64,000 nt of DNA, from contig MHWA01000004.1 in assembly GCA_001825335.1 (NCBI GenBank), forward strand, positions 35,341-99,340, written 5' to 3'. Origin of the DNA: Candidatus Zambryskibacteria bacterium RIFCSPLOWO2_01_FULL_35_19 (lineage in GTDB: Bacteria; Patescibacteriota; Minisyncoccia; Phycocordibacterales; WO2-35-19). The position numbers and the translations under genes were made by a program. Under the pieces are notes generated by a model. That model was not told the origin of the DNA and ran no database searches. It was given only the letters and a program-made list of their open reading frames with translations. Below are positions 60,276 to 64,000 of the stretch, in pieces. How positions within the stretch are numbered: position 1 is the first letter of the stretch; each line of letters starts with the position of its first letter.

Positions 60276-60548
60276 TTATGCAGATTTTTTCAAACCAAGT
60301 TTTTTAACTAAAGAATTGTATCTTTTTGTATCTTTTTTCTCCAAATATTTCATATGAGATTTGCGATCTGCTACCAGACCCAAAAGACCTCTACGAGAAT
60401 GTTTATCTTTTTTGTTCTTTTTGAGATGTGTTGCCAAGTCATCTATCCTACGTGAAAGAATGGCGATCTGTGCTTCCGGACTACCGGTGTCAGTTTCGTG
60501 CATTTTTACCTCCTTTATAACTCGTTGTTTTTTATTTTTTGTTAACAT
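60276..60548 (-). CDS. rpsO: 30S ribosomal protein S15
   Basis: DTGSPEAQIA, KDKHSRRGL. Confidence 0.97.
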   Translation of the reverse strand: MLTKNKKQRVIKEVKMHETDTGSPEAQIAILSRRIDDLATHLKKNKKDKHSRRGLLGLVADRKSHMKYLEKKDTKRYNSLVKKLGLKKSA

Positions 60549-60661
60549 ATATATGAAAATTGTCTAAAAACGACCTTTTAAGAGTAGCATAAAACCAATT
60601 TTTATGCAACTTTTTAGTTTTTAAATATTGTGCGACGTTAAAAGGTGATAGAATAATATAT

Positions 60662-61615
60662 ATGGCACAAGACTTAGAACAATTAAAAAGGCAATTTTTA
60701 GAATACGTTGAAATAGAAAAGGGGCGGGCTTTAAATACGGTTGAAAATTACAACCATTACCTTTCAGTTTTTCTGAAACAAACCAAAGCTCAAAAACCAT
60801 CTGATATAAACGACACTATGATGCGGGAATTTAGATTGTGGCTCAACAGACAAGTTACCGGAAAAAATGTAAAAACCGGAGACACTATGTCAAAAAAGAC
60901 CCAAAATTATTACTTGATTGCCATAAGAGCTTTTTTAAAATATCTAGCAAGACAAGAAATCAAATCTATGCCATCTGAAAGAATAGAACTGGCCAAAACT
61001 TCAGAACGCTCTCTTGATTTAATTACAAACGCTGAATTACACAGATTACTTGAAGCTCCAAAATCTTTCGACTCTACTCAAGATAAAGATAATCATCTTA
61101 AGTATTTACGCGATAAAGCCATTTTAGAGCTCCTTTTTTCAACAGGACTTCGTGTATCCGAGCTCTGTTCCCTTACTCGTGATATTGACCTTACCACCGA
61201 CGAACTTTCAATAAGAGGAAAAGGAAGCAAGGTGAGAGTAGTCTTTATATCTGATTATGCCAAAAAGATTTTAAAAGAATATTTATCAAAAAGAAAAGAT
61301 ATGGATGATGCCCTTTTTGTTCAACTTTCACAAAACGGCAAAGTAACTAAAGAGAGGAAAGGAAGTCTGGCACTGACAAAAAGATCAGTAGAGAGGATAG
61401 TAAAACAGTGCGCAGTCAAAGCTGGTATTTCCAAAAAAGTCACTCCTCACACTATGCGTCACCTTTTTGCCACCGACCTACTTTCAAATGGCGCTGACTT
61501 GCGCTCTGTCCAAGCCCTCTTGGGCCACGCCAACATCGGCACTACCCAAATCTACACCCATGTCACCGACCGCCACCTCCGCGACATCCATAAAAAATTT
61601 CATAACAGAAAATAA
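60662..61615 (+). CDS. XerC/XerD-family tyrosine recombinase
   Basis: TGLRVSEL, GKGSK, HTMRHLFAT, LGHANIGTTQIY. Confidence 0.93.
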   Translation: MAQDLEQLKRQFLEYVEIEKGRALNTVENYNHYLSVFLKQTKAQKPSDINDTMMREFRLWLNRQVTGKNVKTGDTMSKKTQNYYLIAIRAFLKYLARQEIKSMPSERIELAKTSERSLDLITNAELHRLLEAPKSFDSTQDKDNHLKYLRDKAILELLFSTGLRVSELCSLTRDIDLTTDELSIRGKGSKVRVVFISDYAKKILKEYLSKRKDMDDALFVQLSQNGKVTKERKGSLALTKRSVERIVKQCAVKAGISKKVTPHTMRHLFATDLLSNGADLRSVQALLGHANIGTTQIYTHVTDRHLRDIHKKFHNRK

Positions 61616-61687
61616 CAAAACTACTTTTCCAAGAGCCTTATCCTATTGACCTAACGCAGGAAAAGTATGTTTTGTTATTTTCTGTTA
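61602..61687 (+). repeat. Conserved-loop/variable-stem motif, copy 5
   Basis: ~28-bp stem, including the last codons of the Xer gene, around aagagccttatcctattgacctaacgca. Confidence 0.85.
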
Positions 61688-61698
61688 AAATGAAATTT

Positions 61699-62526
61699 AT
61701 GAAAATCACATCTTGGAACATAAATGGCATACGGGCGGTGCATAAAAAAGGACTGTTTTTACCTTTTGTAGATAAATACAAGCCGGATATTATTTGTTTG
61801 CAAGAAACTAAAGCCAAGCAGGATCAAAGTGAGATAGACTTGCCAGAATATGAGGAGTATTGGAACAGTGCAGAAAAAGCTGGTTATAGCGGAGTGACTA
61901 TTTTTTCTAAAATAAAACCACTTAGTGTGCAGACTGGCTTTCCGAAAGAGATAGTTAAAAAATATAAATTAGAACAAGACAGCTATGGCGACCCAAACAA
62001 AGAAGGGAGAGTTTTAACGGCCGAATTTAAAGATTTTTTTGTGGTTAATGTCTATACTCCCAATTCTAAAGGTGATTTAAGTAGGCTGGATTTAAGATTT
62101 AAGAGTTGGGACCCAGCGTTTTTAGAGTATGTTACAGAATTAAGGAGAAAGCCCGCCCAAGGCGGGTCCGCCTTGGGCGGAAAAAATGTAATATTCTGCG
62201 GTGATTTGAATGTGGCCCACACAGAAAATGACTTGGCTAATCCCAAACAAAATGAAGGCGAGCATGGTTTTACAAAAGAAGAACGCAAAGGAATTAACAA
62301 CATTATTGCCGCCGGATTTGTAGATACCTTTCGCCATTTTACTCCAGAAGGAAAAGGTTACTACACTTGGTGGAGTCATTTCGCTAATGCTAGAACCAGA
62401 AATGTTGGCTGGCGCATAGACTATTTTTTTGCCAACAAAGAATTAATATCAAATATAAAAAGTTCAAAAATCATTCCAGATGTATTTGGTTCTGACCACT
62501 GCCCTATTATGTTAGAAACAAAATAA
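61699..62526 (+). CDS. xth: Exodeoxyribonuclease III / AP endonuclease
   Basis: SWNINGIRA, QETK, GDLNVAH, GWRIDY, SDHCP. Confidence 0.95.
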   Translation: MKITSWNINGIRAVHKKGLFLPFVDKYKPDIICLQETKAKQDQSEIDLPEYEEYWNSAEKAGYSGVTIFSKIKPLSVQTGFPKEIVKKYKLEQDSYGDPNKEGRVLTAEFKDFFVVNVYTPNSKGDLSRLDLRFKSWDPAFLEYVTELRRKPAQGGSALGGKNVIFCGDLNVAHTENDLANPKQNEGEHGFTKEERKGINNIIAAGFVDTFRHFTPEGKGYYTWWSHFANARTRNVGWRIDYFFANKELISNIKSSKIIPDVFGSDHCPIMLETK

Positions 62527-62951
62527 ATATTTTTTATATACAACAAAACGCCTAGATGCGGTGGAGGATTTTCGCACGACAAGGCGTTTTTGATTAACCT
62601 TTCATAAATGAAAGTATAAAGAACATTTACTCAGCCCTGATTTTGTTTCTGATTTCTTTAGATATATTAATATCAGACTCAAAATCAGAGCTGAGGCAAA
62701 AGATAAATTTCGTCAAGAAGCGCATTCACAAAAAACCTTATGATATCTCATTTTAAAAATTATATGAGTGAAGATATATATAAATTGTTTTTTGAGCTTA
62801 ACCAAACTTTCTTTCAACTTCATGGCCATGAAGTTATAAAGAACTAATGCTGACTACTATAGATATACTCGTCTTTTAAAAAATGTCAGTTATGTCTGAT
62901 ATAAAGTTTATGTCTTTTATAAATAATGTAAAGGACATTATGTGGATAACT

Positions 62952-64000
62952 TTACTCTACATAATGTTTGCCTCTTATTTTTTTTATTTCCATTTGGTCA
63001 TCTTCTTCTTTTTTTACCTTACCTTTATCCCCCATCATTCTCAATTCTTTATCGGACATTTTTGACAACTCTAATATCTTTTTATTTAAATATTCTTCAG
63101 TATTCAAAGTTGGATCCTCCAATACTTCTTCTAGTAAAGCGTTTAGCATTTGACCTATTTTTGGTCCGGGAGGAATTTTTAGAATTTCCATAATCTTCTG
63201 ACCATCAATTTTAAGCATTTTCACTGATATAGGGTCTCTCATCACCTCTTCTATCATTGATTTATATTTTCTTAATCTATAAGGATTTTCTTTAGGTCTG
63301 CCAGTGCCAATCCTATCACAACCTCTCATATTGATAAGATCCCATATATTTTCCTTACCAACATTAGCTACCAATCTTCTGACAGCTGAATGAGTTATTT
63401 TTTCAGTATCAGAGAAAAACATATGCCAACGAACCAAATTAACAACCTTATCTATTGTTTCACGTGAAAATCTTAAATCCTCCATTATTTTCTTAGTTAC
63501 ACGTGAACCCACTACTTCGTGACCATAAAAAGTCCATATTTTAGATTTATTGTCCCACCTTCTAGCTCTAGGTTTAGCCACATCATGCAAAAGAGCCGAA
63601 AGTCTCACATGTAACGGATATTGTTTATCAGCTGAATGTTGAGCTGTTTTTAATAGATGAGTCCAAACATCATAAGAGTGCGCCTTATTTTGCTCTACAC
63701 CAATACTTTCTTCCAATTCTGGTATTATATAAGTCAATAAACCAAGTTTCTTAAGTAACAAAAGTCCATCCATAGGAGAAGGGGACATTATTATCTTAAC
63801 AAATTCATCTCTAATTCTTTCTTTAGAAACCTCTTTTAAAATATGATTATTTTCAAATATTGATTTTTCAGTTTCTTGGTCTAGAGGAAAACCTAGTTCC
63901 ACGTGGAACCTGACCGCCCTTAAGATTCTCAAACCATCTTCAAAAAATCTCTCTTTAGCTTCACCGACTGTTTTTATGATTCCTTTAGATAAATCAGCCA
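62952..64000 (-). CDS. CCA-adding tRNA nucleotidyltransferase with HD domain (5' end off window)
   Basis: RFFEDGLRILRAVRF, SKERIRDEF, LLHDVAK, FYGHE. Confidence 0.9.
   Translation of the reverse strand, partial: ADLSKGIIKTVGEAKERFFEDGLRILRAVRFHVELGFPLDQETEKSIFENNHILKEVSKERIRDEFVKIIMSPSPMDGLLLLKKLGLLTYIIPELEESIGVEQNKAHSYDVWTHLLKTAQHSADKQYPLHVRLSALLHDVAKPRARRWDNKSKIWTFYGHEVVGSRVTKKIMEDLRFSRETIDKVVNLVRWHMFFSDTEKITHSAVRRLVANVGKENIWDLINMRGCDRIGTGRPKENPYRLRKYKSMIEEVMRDPISVKMLKIDGQKIMEILKIPPGPKIGQMLNALLEEVLEDPTLNTEEYLNKKILELSKMSDKELRMMGDKGKVKKEEDDQMEIKKIRGKHYVE

Noticed and set aside
62941-62949. DnaA box (TTATCCACA), also near 15467 and 21803
   Set aside because: Isolated single boxes with no cluster or dnaA context to support an origin

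Overview
Low-GC (code 11) bacterial window whose gene content and style are consistent with Patescibacteria/CPR (Parcubacteria-like; inferred, not searched). The housekeeping backbone includes rpsE-rplR-rplF-rpsH-rpsN, tRNA-Ser, recG, ftsH, smpB-tmRNA, pnp, fusA, rpsG/rpsL, rpmB, a split comEC pair, sod, rnhA, recJ, pgk/tpiA, a type IV pilus cluster, rpsO, a Xer-like recombinase, xth and a CCA-adding enzyme. The main accessory feature is an ~18 kb serine-integrase element (15121-33119) inserted in comM at a CT core with a symmetric attP. It carries an intact replacement comM and a complete diversity-generating retroelement (RT, inverted avd, TR, two adenine-mutated VRs). The DGR targets are a MoxR-type AAA+ ATPase fusion and a stand-alone paralogous domain, located next to a HExxH-vWA protein. 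Also unexplained: a promoter-driven 2.4 kb array of small ORFs separated by covarying structured repeats (10682-13112), a five-copy conserved-loop/variable-stem motif (48737-61687), an orphan ncRNA and an IR-flanked PaaX-like gene inside the str operon, and many in-frame palindromic insertions in core genes.
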